A stretch of 64,000 bases of DNA, taken from NCBI GenBank assembly GCA_964604315.1, contig CAZRYK010000002.1, forward strand, positions 267 to 64,266, in the 5' to 3' direction. Positions 38,681-48,148 of the stretch are shown piece after piece (within the stretch, counting starts at the first letter, position 1; each line of letters opens with the position of its first letter). The stretch comes from an uncultured Gammaproteobacteria bacterium. Its GTDB lineage: Bacteria > Patescibacteriota > Patescibacteriia > JACPL01 > CAZRYK01. The notes beneath the pieces were generated by a model. The model did no database searches, was not told the DNA's origin, and saw only the letters and a list, made by a program, of their open reading frames with translations. Made by a program: the position numbers and the translations under genes.

Positions 38681-39388
38681 ATGCCCTATATTTTTTCCCG
38701 CAACTCGCTTTTAAAACTCCCCGAGCATCGCTTTACGGGCAGTATTAAGGGTATGGAAAATCTTCCAAAGAATCGTCCGTATATTATTGTGGCCAATCAC
38801 GACAACAGCATTGACGCGTATATCTTAATGGCTCCGCTCACACGACGGCTAAATAAAAAGATTCATGTGTTTTCCAACCCCGTGAATCGCGGCGGTCGGC
38901 TCATGCAACTCTTTTTTAAATCGCTGGCCATTTGGTGGGCGGAAGTGATTGTGGTAGACAGAACAAACCGATCACGCAGTTTAGAGGTCGCAAAAAAGTT
39001 TTTAGACAAAGGCGAGCTAGTTGGCATCTTTCCGGAGACCATCGACACAGACGAAAAATATCTGGCCCGTGGTAAGACCGGCATGGTGCGTTTAGCGTTA
39101 GCGGCTAAAGTGCCAATTGTGCCCATTGGCATGTATGGTGGGCCAAACATGGAAGGCATTCGCGAAAACATCAAATATTTTCTGAAGCGAAAAGAAGTGC
39201 GCCAACACATTCGCATCGGGGAACCGATAGAGTTTACAAAGTATGACGGCAGAGTCGCAAATTATGAACTGCTCGCAGATGTGACCATAGAGGTCATGCA
39301 AGCTATTGCCAAATTGTGCGGCAAAGAGTATGTTTATACCAAACGTCAGTGGATGGAGGAATACCGACAACATTATAAGGGGGATTGA
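38681..39388 (+). CDS. second PlsC-family lysophospholipid acyltransferase
   Basis: HDNSID (HX4D) and FPET motifs. It is translationally coupled to the upstream paralog. Confidence 0.7.
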   Translation: MPYIFSRNSLLKLPEHRFTGSIKGMENLPKNRPYIIVANHDNSIDAYILMAPLTRRLNKKIHVFSNPVNRGGRLMQLFFKSLAIWWAEVIVVDRTNRSRSLEVAKKFLDKGELVGIFPETIDTDEKYLARGKTGMVRLALAAKVPIVPIGMYGGPNMEGIRENIKYFLKRKEVRQHIRIGEPIEFTKYDGRVANYELLADVTIEVMQAIAKLCGKEYVYTKRQWMEEYRQHYKGD

Positions 39389-39404
39389 TTCTAACGAAGC
39401 GCTT

Positions 39405-40859
39405 ATGTGGGATCCCTGGCAGCATGTCTCGCATCTATCCAAACAGGAAATTGGAAGTTTACAAAATAAAAAGCTGGCGTCATTCATGCGCCATCAAGCC
39501 CCGTATATTCCGTATTATCGGAAGCTTTTTCGCAACCAGGGATTGCGTTTTGCCGACATTCGAACCACAGAGGATTTAGTCAAAATTCCGTTTACCTTTA
39601 AAGAGGATATTGCCCCCACAGACACCGAGCCTGGCCGCCCGCGCGATTTTATTTTGCAGCCCGACGAAAAGTTAATTCGTAAGATTGCGCCCAAGCGCGA
39701 GCTTATAAAAATCTTGGCAAAAAAGTTGGCGCAAAGAGATGTGCGAAAAGATCTTGAATGGGAATACAAACCCATTCACACGCATTTTACAACAGGCCGT
39801 TCTGCGGCGCCGACAGCATTTACGTATTCCGCGCGCGATTTGGAATTTTTGAAAGAAAGTGGCAGCCGCATGTTTGGCGTCACGGGTTTAACGCGTGATC
39901 AGATTGCGATTAACGGTTTTCCGTACGCTCCGCACTTAGCGTTTTGGTTAGCGTACCACGCGTTAGAAAAAGTTGGCATGACCAGCTTGCAAACCGGTGG
40001 CGGAAAATCGATGGGAACGCAAAAGATTATTAACGCCATTGAGCGCACCAAAGCCAATGCGTTAATCTTCATGCCGGGCTATGCGTATTATTTGTTGCGG
40101 GAAGCCGTGCAACAAGGCAAAGATTTTTCGCGCGTTTCGCATATTATTTTTGGCGGCGAACGGTTAAGTCCGGGGTTGCGGGAAAAGGTGCGGGAACTCA
40201 TGCGTCAATTAGGCGCGCCGGAAGTAAAGATTTTAGCTACCTATGCTTTTACCGAAGGCAAAACCGCATGGATTCAATGCGCGGAAAATTCCGGCTATCA
40301 TTTGTATCCGGATATAGAGTTCATTGAATTGGTGGACAAAAACGGCAATCGGGTGGGTGAAGATGAAGAAGGCGAAATTGTGTATACGGGTTTAGATTGG
40401 CGTGGCTCGACCGTTATTCGTTACCGCACCGGCGATATAACCAAAGGGATCACATATCGGCCGTGCCCGTATTGTGGCCGCACGGTGCCGCGCATTCACC
40501 CGGACATTCAGCGCAAAAGCGAGGTGAAAGAATTCCACTTAACGAAAGTGAAGGGGCAGTTGGTGAATTTGAATAATTTTTATCCTGTGCTTTCGGGCAT
40601 GAAAGACATTGAAGAATGGCAAGTGGAAATTCGCAAAAAAGACAACGATGCGTTTGGTTTAGATGAAGTGGTGATTTATGTTGCGCCAAAATCCGGAGTT
40701 GATGAAAATTTGTTAACCCAGCAGATTCAGCAAGCGGTGTACCAAGAAGCAGAAGTGACGCCGCTAGTTTTTATGCGTTCACTGCCAGAACTTTTGACCC
40801 AGTTGGGCATGGAAACAGAATTAAAAGAACTGCGCATCGTGGACAAACGACCCAAATAG
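39405..40859 (+). CDS. adenylate-forming enzyme of the ANL superfamily, PaaK/coenzyme-F390-synthetase-like (putative acyl-CoA ligase)
   Basis: P-loop-like TTGRSAAPT, the YRTGD motif in IRYRTGDITKG, and a CPYCGR zinc knuckle. Start taken at MWDPWQH after the upstream stop. Confidence 0.65.
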   Translation: MWDPWQHVSHLSKQEIGSLQNKKLASFMRHQAPYIPYYRKLFRNQGLRFADIRTTEDLVKIPFTFKEDIAPTDTEPGRPRDFILQPDEKLIRKIAPKRELIKILAKKLAQRDVRKDLEWEYKPIHTHFTTGRSAAPTAFTYSARDLEFLKESGSRMFGVTGLTRDQIAINGFPYAPHLAFWLAYHALEKVGMTSLQTGGGKSMGTQKIINAIERTKANALIFMPGYAYYLLREAVQQGKDFSRVSHIIFGGERLSPGLREKVRELMRQLGAPEVKILATYAFTEGKTAWIQCAENSGYHLYPDIEFIELVDKNGNRVGEDEEGEIVYTGLDWRGSTVIRYRTGDITKGITYRPCPYCGRTVPRIHPDIQRKSEVKEFHLTKVKGQLVNLNNFYPVLSGMKDIEEWQVEIRKKDNDAFGLDEVVIYVAPKSGVDENLLTQQIQQAVYQEAEVTPLVFMRSLPELLTQLGMETELKELRIVDKRPK

Positions 40860-40886
40860 AAGAAGTTAGCAGATGGTAGATAGTAG

Positions 40887-42197
40887 TTAGTAGACAGTAA
40901 AAGTTTCATGTAGTGGGTCTGGGGTATAATGCAACCGCGGGCCGTTTTGGATAATGTTTTTTAAGGCGTTAGTGAGCGCGTCAATATCTTGTTGCGTGTT
41001 ATGACAGCCAATACTTGCGCGAACAATTCCGTACGACGCTAATCTGTCGCCGTGTTTCATTTTTTCTTCGATCATTTCTTGCTCTGAATCTGAAATATTC
41101 AGCCAGCGCCGCACAAGCCGATGATTACAAATAGTTCCAGCGCGGGTTTCAATGTGGTATTCATGGTCAAGAATAGCCGACACCAGCGCATGATGATATC
41201 CAGAAAGATTGAACGCAAAAGTTCCTATGCGATCTTCGGCAATAGATTTTTGCGAATCAACATACAGCGTAATTTCTGGAATGGCGCGCAATGCTTCGGC
41301 CGTATACCGCACAAGTTTTTTTTCGTGTTCCTGAATCGCCGTAAAGTTTTGCGTCAATATGTCACAGCTTTTGGCCAAAGCGATGATGCCAGTGGCATTC
41401 CATGTTCCGCTTTGATGGCGTTCTTCTGCTGGTGACCAGACAAGATTATAAGAGGAGAGCATATCAATAGAACCGCCTGCGGGGTCGACCGGGGGCTGAT
41501 GCAGAAGATTTTTTGGGAGCGCTAAAACCCCAATTCCAAAAGGTGCATAGACTTTATGTGCAGAAAAAGCCAAGGCGTCAATACCATCGCGTTGCATGTT
41601 GATGCGTCGATGCGGTGCAAGTTGCGCCGCGTCAATAAACAAAAGCGCGTCATTACGATGAGCGATATCGGATAAACGTCGTAAGTCTGGAATATAACCC
41701 GTCAGGTTTGATGCGCCGGTAATAGCAATCAGTTTCAACCGGCCATAATATTGCCGTGCAAGTTGCTCGCAATGAGCCATGTCTAACGCGCCGGAGGCAT
41801 TTGTGCGAACCTCCACGATTTCTGCATCGGTATTGTACCGCCATGGCAAATTGTTGGACGTATGCTCAATCGAAGAGGTTATGACGACGTCACCTTTGGA
41901 AAGGCATAACATGCGAGCAAACACATTAATGGCGCAACTGGTATTGTGCGTGAACAATAATTCCTGCTCGGCATCAACATGCAGAAAATCTTTGATGGTT
42001 TGGATTGCTTGCGCCACGGCATGGGATGTCTTGTCCGCATACGGTCCGGCGCCACGATGCAACGCTCCATAGGTTTGTAAAAATTCCGTGACTTCGGCAA
42101 CGGTTTCTGCAAATGGCGGGGTTGTGGCCGCATTATTTAACCGTACAACTTTTTGCATTGCCTCGAGTGATGGAATTATTTTAGGTAAAGGGTTCAT
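40887..42197 (-). CDS. class V aminotransferase / cysteine desulfurase-like PLP enzyme
   Basis: PLP-lysine SAHKVYAPFGIGVL, the GDVVITSSIEHTSNNLPW region, and a length and fold typical of SufS/CsdA/kynureninase-type enzymes. Confidence 0.7.
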   Translation of the reverse strand: MNPLPKIIPSLEAMQKVVRLNNAATTPPFAETVAEVTEFLQTYGALHRGAGPYADKTSHAVAQAIQTIKDFLHVDAEQELLFTHNTSCAINVFARMLCLSKGDVVITSSIEHTSNNLPWRYNTDAEIVEVRTNASGALDMAHCEQLARQYYGRLKLIAITGASNLTGYIPDLRRLSDIAHRNDALLFIDAAQLAPHRRINMQRDGIDALAFSAHKVYAPFGIGVLALPKNLLHQPPVDPAGGSIDMLSSYNLVWSPAEERHQSGTWNATGIIALAKSCDILTQNFTAIQEHEKKLVRYTAEALRAIPEITLYVDSQKSIAEDRIGTFAFNLSGYHHALVSAILDHEYHIETRAGTICNHRLVRRWLNISDSEQEMIEEKMKHGDRLASYGIVRASIGCHNTQQDIDALTNALKNIIQNGPRLHYTPDPLHETFTVY

Positions 42198-42315
42198 AGG
42201 AGGAAATACTAATCTAAAGCTATACTGAAATATCTGACTTAGTTATTCAAACATCTTTAACAATGTGAGTTGACTTTTTAGCTAAAGTAATATAAAGATA
42301 GAGAGAGATAATAGA

Positions 42316-43083
42316 ATGTCGAAAGATTTTGACACATTTATGCCCACCAATGCAAAAACCTTAGAACCATTAGGGCTTTCGGCCCAAGAAGCACAGGTAT
42401 ATTTGGCGTTGCTGAAAATCGGCGGAGCGCGGGCTAGCCGCATTGCGCGTGAAACCGGTTTTAAACGCACGACCGCCTATGCAATCTTAAAAAATCTTTC
42501 GCGCAAAGGCTTTGTCACGCTCTATTATCGTAAAAGTCAACAGTTTTATTATGCAGTAAAGCCTGCGCGGGTCGCGACGCTTTTTGAAAAAAAACTTAAC
42601 GCATTTACCACGCTTATTCCCACATTAGAATCCTTGGCTAAAAAAGAAACGCGCGATATGGGCTTGCGGTTTATTGAAACCAAACAAGAGCTCGAGGAAT
42701 TTTACCGTGGCGTTTTACAGGATTATCATAATCGTGCTTACCGGATTATTGGATCCGCGGCGGGTTGGGAAGGTTTAGATCCGGATTTCTTTATTCAGTT
42801 TCGTAAAGATCGCGCGGCGCATCGTATTCGAACCCGTCTCCTGCTCACCGCTGATTCTAAAAGCGTGAGCCCTAAAGCCAAAATTTTAAAACGCGATGTG
42901 CGATTCTTGTCGGAAAAATACCCTTTTCGTAGCACCATGGATATTTACGATGACAAAGTTTTAATTGTCAGCGCCGAGCTTTCCTCTCTTGCTGTGGTCA
43001 TCGAGATCCCTGCCATGGTCGACGTGTTTCAATCGATTTTCGAAATGCTCTGGGACGCAACACCTTCTAAAATTACGCGTTGA
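42316..43083 (+). CDS. TrmB-family transcriptional regulator (paralog 3)
   Basis: wHTH LSAQEAQVYLALLKIGGARASRIARETGFKRTTAYAILKNLSRKGFV plus a C-terminal TrmB-type domain. Confidence 0.75.
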   Translation: MSKDFDTFMPTNAKTLEPLGLSAQEAQVYLALLKIGGARASRIARETGFKRTTAYAILKNLSRKGFVTLYYRKSQQFYYAVKPARVATLFEKKLNAFTTLIPTLESLAKKETRDMGLRFIETKQELEEFYRGVLQDYHNRAYRIIGSAAGWEGLDPDFFIQFRKDRAAHRIRTRLLLTADSKSVSPKAKILKRDVRFLSEKYPFRSTMDIYDDKVLIVSAELSSLAVVIEIPAMVDVFQSIFEMLWDATPSKITR

Positions 43084-43155
43084 CAAAAAGAAGTTTTTAC
43101 GGTATAAATCCTCTGCTAAAGAACGGTTTTATTATTTTCGAAAGCTTTATTTTCT

Positions 43156-44469
43156 ATGATTCACGTCACGAAAAAAGAACTACCCCAGGGTTTGGTAGAA
43201 TTAGAAATCACCGTGCCCAAAGAGGATTTGGTGCAATTTTTGAGCAAAGCCGCACTGCGCATTTCGCAAAATATCAATATCAAAGGCTTTCGCAAAGGCC
43301 GCGCCCCCTATGCGGTTGTGAAACAACAGGTTGGCGAGGAGGGCATTTTAGAAGAAGCATCCAAAGAAATTATTTCGCAGACGTTTTATGATGCGGTGAC
43401 GCAAGAAAAGTTAGAAACGGTTGCCCAGCCGGAAATTGAAATCAAAAAGATTGCGCCCAATAACGATTTAATCTATACCGCCAAAGTTGCGCTGTTGCCG
43501 CAGGTGACGCTTGGCGACATGACCAAAATAGTTGTTGAAAAAGAAAACGCCGCCGTCACAGACAAAGAGGTTGACGACGTCATTGTGGATTTGCGCAAAA
43601 AACGCGCGACGGAAAAAGAAGTGTTGCGCCCGGCAAAAATGGGCGACCGCGTGTCTTTAGATTTTAATGTGTTTCAAGCCAATGTGCCGATTGAAGGCGG
43701 GCAGTCGAGCGACCACGCTGTGGATTTAGGCGCGGGCATGATGATTCCTGGCTTTGAAGAGCAAGTGGTGGGGCTTTCGGCCGGAGAGAACCGGGAGTTT
43801 ACCTTAAATTTTCCCGCGGAATACCATGAAAAAAGTTTGGCAGGCAAGCCGGCGGATTTTAAAATTACTGTGAAGAAAGTGTTAGAAATGGCGACGCCCG
43901 AATTAACCGATGACTTTGCCAAAAGCGTTGGGAAGTTTCAAAATACGCAAGAGTTAAAAGATCAAATCAAAAATAATCTTCAGAAAGAGCGGGAGCAAAA
44001 AACCAGAGAGCGTCAAGAAATCGACGCTATGAAGCAATTGGTTGCGCTAACAACTTTTTCTGACATTCCCGAAATGTTGATTAAATCCGAAGTTGAGGAA
44101 ATGATTCAAGAATTAAAAAGCAATGCGTCGCGCCGCGGCATGGAATTTGGTGATTACTTAAAACACTTAAAGAAAACCGAAGAAGAGCTGGCCACAGAGT
44201 TTCGTGAGCAAGCTGAGCAGCGGGTAAAATCGTCGTTGGTTGCGCGCGCCGTAACAAAACAAGAAAACTTAACCGTTGCGGATGATGAAGTCGAAAAGGA
44301 AGTTGCAAAAATATTGGACGCGTACAAAGAATACCCGGATTTGCAAAAACAATTTGACAACGATCATTACCGGCAATATACGCGCAATATGATATTGTAT
44401 CGGAAAGTTTTTACATCGCTTCTTTCGCATGCTACGGAAAAAGAAAAAACGCCCGAACCCCAAAAATAG
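43156..44469 (+). CDS. tig: trigger factor
   Basis: N-terminal ribosome-binding domain (GFRKGRAPYAVV), a central PPIase-like domain, and a C-terminal arm. Confidence 0.9.
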   Translation: MIHVTKKELPQGLVELEITVPKEDLVQFLSKAALRISQNINIKGFRKGRAPYAVVKQQVGEEGILEEASKEIISQTFYDAVTQEKLETVAQPEIEIKKIAPNNDLIYTAKVALLPQVTLGDMTKIVVEKENAAVTDKEVDDVIVDLRKKRATEKEVLRPAKMGDRVSLDFNVFQANVPIEGGQSSDHAVDLGAGMMIPGFEEQVVGLSAGENREFTLNFPAEYHEKSLAGKPADFKITVKKVLEMATPELTDDFAKSVGKFQNTQELKDQIKNNLQKEREQKTRERQEIDAMKQLVALTTFSDIPEMLIKSEVEEMIQELKSNASRRGMEFGDYLKHLKKTEEELATEFREQAEQRVKSSLVARAVTKQENLTVADDEVEKEVAKILDAYKEYPDLQKQFDNDHYRQYTRNMILYRKVFTSLLSHATEKEKTPEPQK

Positions 44470-44501
44470 TCCAAAGACTTATTCTTTGGTATACTACGGT
44501 T

Positions 44502-45281
44502 ATGCTTGATAAGCGCGAAATACGTATAGCAACCAAAGCGGTTTTGGTTGCGGGCAAATATGTGGCAAAGCACTACGGCAAATTGGAAGCCGTGGATTTT
44601 ACCATGAAGAAAAAAAACGAGCGTGTCACCAAAATCGATATCGATTCCAACAATATGATTATTCGGGAATTGGTTAAGCACTTTCCTAACGACGACATTC
44701 TTTCCGAAGAAAGTCCGCTTTCCGATAAACCGGGTGTCAGGCGTTGGGTTATAGACCCCATAGATGGCACCAGCAACTTTATTGCGCATATTCCCCTGTT
44801 TGCGGTTTCGCTCGCGCTTTTTGAGGACACCGACATTGTGTGGAGCATGACGTATGCGCCGATTCTGAATGAAAAATTTATTGCGGCCGCAGGGCGAGGC
44901 GTAACATTGAATGGAAAATCCATGCATGTTTCGGGGCGGCAAACGGTTTCCGGTTCTATGTTGGCGTATGGGTATTCGCATGAACCCACCTCTAAAAAGA
45001 AATCGTTTCATGCCATGGAGCGTTTCAGCGATCATGCCTCGAGCATGCGGCATTTGGGTTCGGCGTCGCTAGAGCTTGCCTACGTTGCCTGCGGCCGATT
45101 TGACGCCAGCATCTTTTTTGCGCCATTGAATCTTTGGGACGTTGCCGCGGGTGTGTTGCAGGTAAAAGAGGCGGGTGGCGCCATAACGCAGCACAATGGA
45201 AAACTTTGGACACCCGAAAGCACAACGTTGGTTGCGTCTAACAAAAAAATGCACGTTGAGCTTTTGCAGAAATTAGATTAG
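44502..45281 (+). CDS. suhB: inositol monophosphatase family protein (SuhB-like)
   Basis: EE...WVIDPIDGTSNF metal-binding motif and a C-terminal WD..AG motif. Confidence 0.8.
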   Translation: MLDKREIRIATKAVLVAGKYVAKHYGKLEAVDFTMKKKNERVTKIDIDSNNMIIRELVKHFPNDDILSEESPLSDKPGVRRWVIDPIDGTSNFIAHIPLFAVSLALFEDTDIVWSMTYAPILNEKFIAAAGRGVTLNGKSMHVSGRQTVSGSMLAYGYSHEPTSKKKSFHAMERFSDHASSMRHLGSASLELAYVACGRFDASIFFAPLNLWDVAAGVLQVKEAGGAITQHNGKLWTPESTTLVASNKKMHVELLQKLD

Positions 45282-45393
45282 AAACTTCGACCAGATATTG
45301 ACATACGGAATAGAAGCTACTATTATTACGAATCGAGCCAACAAAGAAAAGATTGTTGCTTGGGTAGAAGAGTTTAGAAATGAATCATTTAAT

Positions 45394-45465
45394 GCGGGAG
45401 TAGCTCAGTGGTAGAGCGTAACATTGCCAATGTTAAGGTCGCGGGTTCGATCCCCGTTTCCCGCT
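45394..45465 (+). tRNA. tRNA-Gly (anticodon GCC)
   Basis: Cloverleaf with acceptor GCGGGAG/TTCCCGC, D-arm AGCTCAGTGGTAGAGC, anticodon loop TTGCCAA, and T-loop TTCGATC. Confidence 0.85.
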
Positions 45466-45508
45466 CTCGCGCCGAAATCACGACTTCAACCTGCGAAGGT
45501 CCCGATTT

Positions 45509-45535
45509 TCATCGGGGCTTTTTCGGTCTTCGTCT
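45509..45535 (+). terminator. hairpin CCCGAT-TTTC-ATCGGG followed by GCTTTTTCGG
   Basis: Rho-independent-terminator-like structure about 45 nt after tRNA-Gly. Confidence 0.45.
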
Positions 45536-45657
45536 TATGAGAATAGAGTTCCGCAACGTCGTCTGGTTTTAGTATAGATTCCATTTGAATAATGTAAGGC
45601 AATCTTACATTTAAGACATTTTTTTCATCCGGATGTCAAATTTCTATTAAAAGAGAC

Positions 45658-45686
45658 TTGATATTTATCACCCTTTTCTTTATACT
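45658..45686 (+). promoter_or_regulatory. sigma70-like promoter (TTGATA, 17-nt spacer, TATACT) upstream of the intron-containing tRNA-Leu
   Basis: Hexamers read directly. The -10 ends about 19 nt before the tRNA 5' end. Confidence 0.45.
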
Positions 45687-45704
45687 AGGCGGTAGCTTAT
45701 TTAA

Positions 45705-46016
45705 GCCGGGGTGGTGAAATTGGTATACACGAGGGACTTTAACAATATGAGCACCGGTTGCGGAAACGCTCCGTGTGAATGAGGTCAAATTCGGGGAAGC
45801 CCTGACGTCACGTCGAGGTAATCCCGAGCCAATCCCCGTACCGTACGGTGCAGGGCAGGTGTAGAGACTTAACGGCCTCCTCCTACGTGTCACAAGCATA
45901 TGGAGAAGAGAGAGTCCAGACTACGAACCACGTAAAAAGCGTGGGCGATGAAAATCGAAGTAGTATGAAAATCCCTTGGGAGCAATCCCGTGCGGGTTCG
46001 AGTCCCGCCCTCGGCA
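45705..46016 (+). tRNA. tRNA-Leu (anticodon UAA) interrupted by a 228-nt group I intron between U34 and A35
   Basis: 5' exon GCCGGGGTGGTGAAATTGGTATACACGAGGGACTT (3-bp D-stem and long D-loop typical of type II tRNAs). 3' exon AAAATCCCT + TGGGAGCAATCCCGT (long variable arm) + GCGGGTTCGAGTCCCGC + CCTCGGC + A. The exons only form a cloverleaf once 45740-45967 is removed. Confidence 0.8.
45740..45967 (+). ncRNA. group I self-splicing intron in the tRNA-Leu(UAA) anticodon loop
   Basis: Inserted at the canonical U34/A35 site used by cyanobacterial/plastid tRNA-Leu(UAA) introns. It follows an exon U, ends in G (omega-G), and contains the P7-like CAGACTACG and GGGAAGCCCTGACG core-like segments. Confidence 0.7.
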
Positions 46017-46141
46017 CATCTTAAAATAACCCAGCGACCGGAATCCAACAAAAAACTTACTAGCATCTCCATTCTCACTAAAGATATTTGTATAAATTTG
46101 TACAGAGAAAATCAATATAAATTTGTTTATCATAATATTTT

Positions 46142-46537
46142 ATGCTCCTAGTAAAAACTAAAATTGGGCAAAGCAAAATAAACGGCATTGGACTTTTCGC
46201 CGACCAATTTATTAAAAAAGGAACAATAATTTGGAAATTTCAGACAGGTTTTGACCTTCGAGTTGGTAAAGACGAACTTGGTAACCTCTCCGAGTCGGCG
46301 AAAGAACAATTTTTAAAATACGCATATTTGAATCCTCGTACCCAAAAATATATTTTGTGCTTTGATGACGCTCGTTTCTTTAATCACTCGGACGAACCAA
46401 ACTCTATAGATGTGGATTCTCCCGACGACGAAGAAGGACTTGATGTTGCAGATAGAGATATAGAAAAAGGAGAAGAGCTGACCTGCAACTATAAAGATTT
46501 TGACGCGGATTTTGATTACAAGATGAGTATTCATTGA
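46142..46537 (+). CDS. SET-domain protein (putative protein lysine methyltransferase)
   Basis: GIGLFA, RFFNHSDEPN (the NHSCxPN-type motif) and ELTCNY (the ELTxxY motif) of the SET fold. 131 aa. Confidence 0.8.
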   Translation: MLLVKTKIGQSKINGIGLFADQFIKKGTIIWKFQTGFDLRVGKDELGNLSESAKEQFLKYAYLNPRTQKYILCFDDARFFNHSDEPNSIDVDSPDDEEGLDVADRDIEKGEELTCNYKDFDADFDYKMSIH

Positions 46538-46983
46538 TTTTTTGTTATTATTAGTGGCGTGCGCTTTGCGCACCCGAATTAGTTGCCGCCAAAGAAAAAC
46601 TTGAAATTGTCAGCGGTGCGGCTCCGTCGCCTTTCCGAATTTTCGCGGGGGGGGTTCCTCGCCGCCGCAGGCGGCGAAATGCGTTCGGACTAATTCAAGA
46701 ATACTGCACAAAGATTTTCTAGAGCTCATCTCAAAAATAGCTTTCTTGGTATTTCAGATGCCCTTTGCGCCGAAACACTTGAAGGATGAGGAGGAATGGT
46801 GGGACTATTTCGACGAGTCCTGAATGTGTTGCAGGCCAAAGGGCGTGTTATTCGGCCGGAAGATTATTTTTAAGATGAGTTCTAGCAAAAGTAGCCCTTT
46901 CTTGCTACCATAAAGTTATGGTTATTTTTATTGCAGGGTTAATTGGTGTTTAGGGAGTAATTTAGCAAGATTAAAACTCGCAC

Positions 46984-48078
46984 ATGAACTCCACCCAAAA
47001 AATTCTTTTTTCCGCGGCTTTTTTGGTGCTTGCCAGTGGACTTCTGGTTGCGGCTTTGTGGTATACATCGCAACGGACGGTAACGAACGTGGTGGAGAAT
47101 GAGACAAATTCCAACGTGAATAATAGTGAGACAGAATCTAACACAATCCCTCTAGACACTTTCCCCGAATCAGAAACGGTTGCACCACCGATTTCGATTC
47201 TTGCGGTTGGCGATATTATGCTCGGCCGTTATGTGCAAACATTGATGGAGAAAAATGGCGAAGACTATCCGTTCGCAAAAATTGGTGATTTGTTTGACAG
47301 TCACGACGTCGTGCTTGCCAATCTTGAAGGGCCGATTCAAGACGGGCCAAGAACACCAGATGATTCTCTTGTTTTCCGGTTCCCCGAATATACTGCACCA
47401 CTTTTAGCGCGTCAGGGTATTACGCATGTTTCGCTTGCAAATAATCACACGCTGAATCAAGGTCAGGCAGGTTTAGATAATACACGATCCGTCCTCGCAC
47501 AAAATCGCATCTCATTTTTTGGCGATCCGGTGCAGGATGGCGAGCAGGTGTTAGCAGAAGAAATCGAAGGAATGCCGATAACATGGATTGGTGCCAATGC
47601 CGCGGTGCGCAGTCTTGATGCTGATGCCATAACGCGCGAAATTCAAAAAAATAGCAACGGTAATGTGATAGTATTTGTGCATTGGGGAAACGAATATGTG
47701 CATACGCCATCAAGCTTACAACGCGAACTTGCGCATGAATGGGTAGATGCGGGCGCCGATGTGGTTATTGGTCATCACCCGCATGTGATTCAAACTGTGG
47801 AACTGTACAATGACCATATGATTTTTTATTCCCTCGGCAATTTTATTTTTGATCAATATTTTTCGCGCGACACCCAAGAGATGTTGGCGGTAAATCTTTT
47901 GTTAGAAGAAGAGACTGTAACGGCAAAACTCATTCCGTTAACGTCTACGCGCAGCCAGCCACAAATTGCCGACGAAACACAAAAAAACGAAATCTTAAAA
48001 AAGATCGCAGATTGGAGCGACCCTTCCATCCGCGCCGCCATTCTGAAAGGCGAATTCATTTTAAAACGGACAGACTAG
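46984..48078 (+). CDS. capA: CapA-family protein (poly-gamma-glutamate biosynthesis / metallophosphoesterase-like)
   Basis: ILAVGDIMLGR, ANLEGP, ANNHTLNQG, HWGNEY and GHHPHV motifs of the PGA_cap/CapA family, with an N-terminal TM anchor. Confidence 0.8.
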   Translation: MNSTQKILFSAAFLVLASGLLVAALWYTSQRTVTNVVENETNSNVNNSETESNTIPLDTFPESETVAPPISILAVGDIMLGRYVQTLMEKNGEDYPFAKIGDLFDSHDVVLANLEGPIQDGPRTPDDSLVFRFPEYTAPLLARQGITHVSLANNHTLNQGQAGLDNTRSVLAQNRISFFGDPVQDGEQVLAEEIEGMPITWIGANAAVRSLDADAITREIQKNSNGNVIVFVHWGNEYVHTPSSLQRELAHEWVDAGADVVIGHHPHVIQTVELYNDHMIFYSLGNFIFDQYFSRDTQEMLAVNLLLEEETVTAKLIPLTSTRSQPQIADETQKNEILKKIADWSDPSIRAAILKGEFILKRTD

Positions 48079-48148
48079 CATTCATACAAATGTAAATGAA
48101 AAAGAGCCGGACGACGCCGACTCTTTTTGTGCAGTTTTTGTGCTTCAA

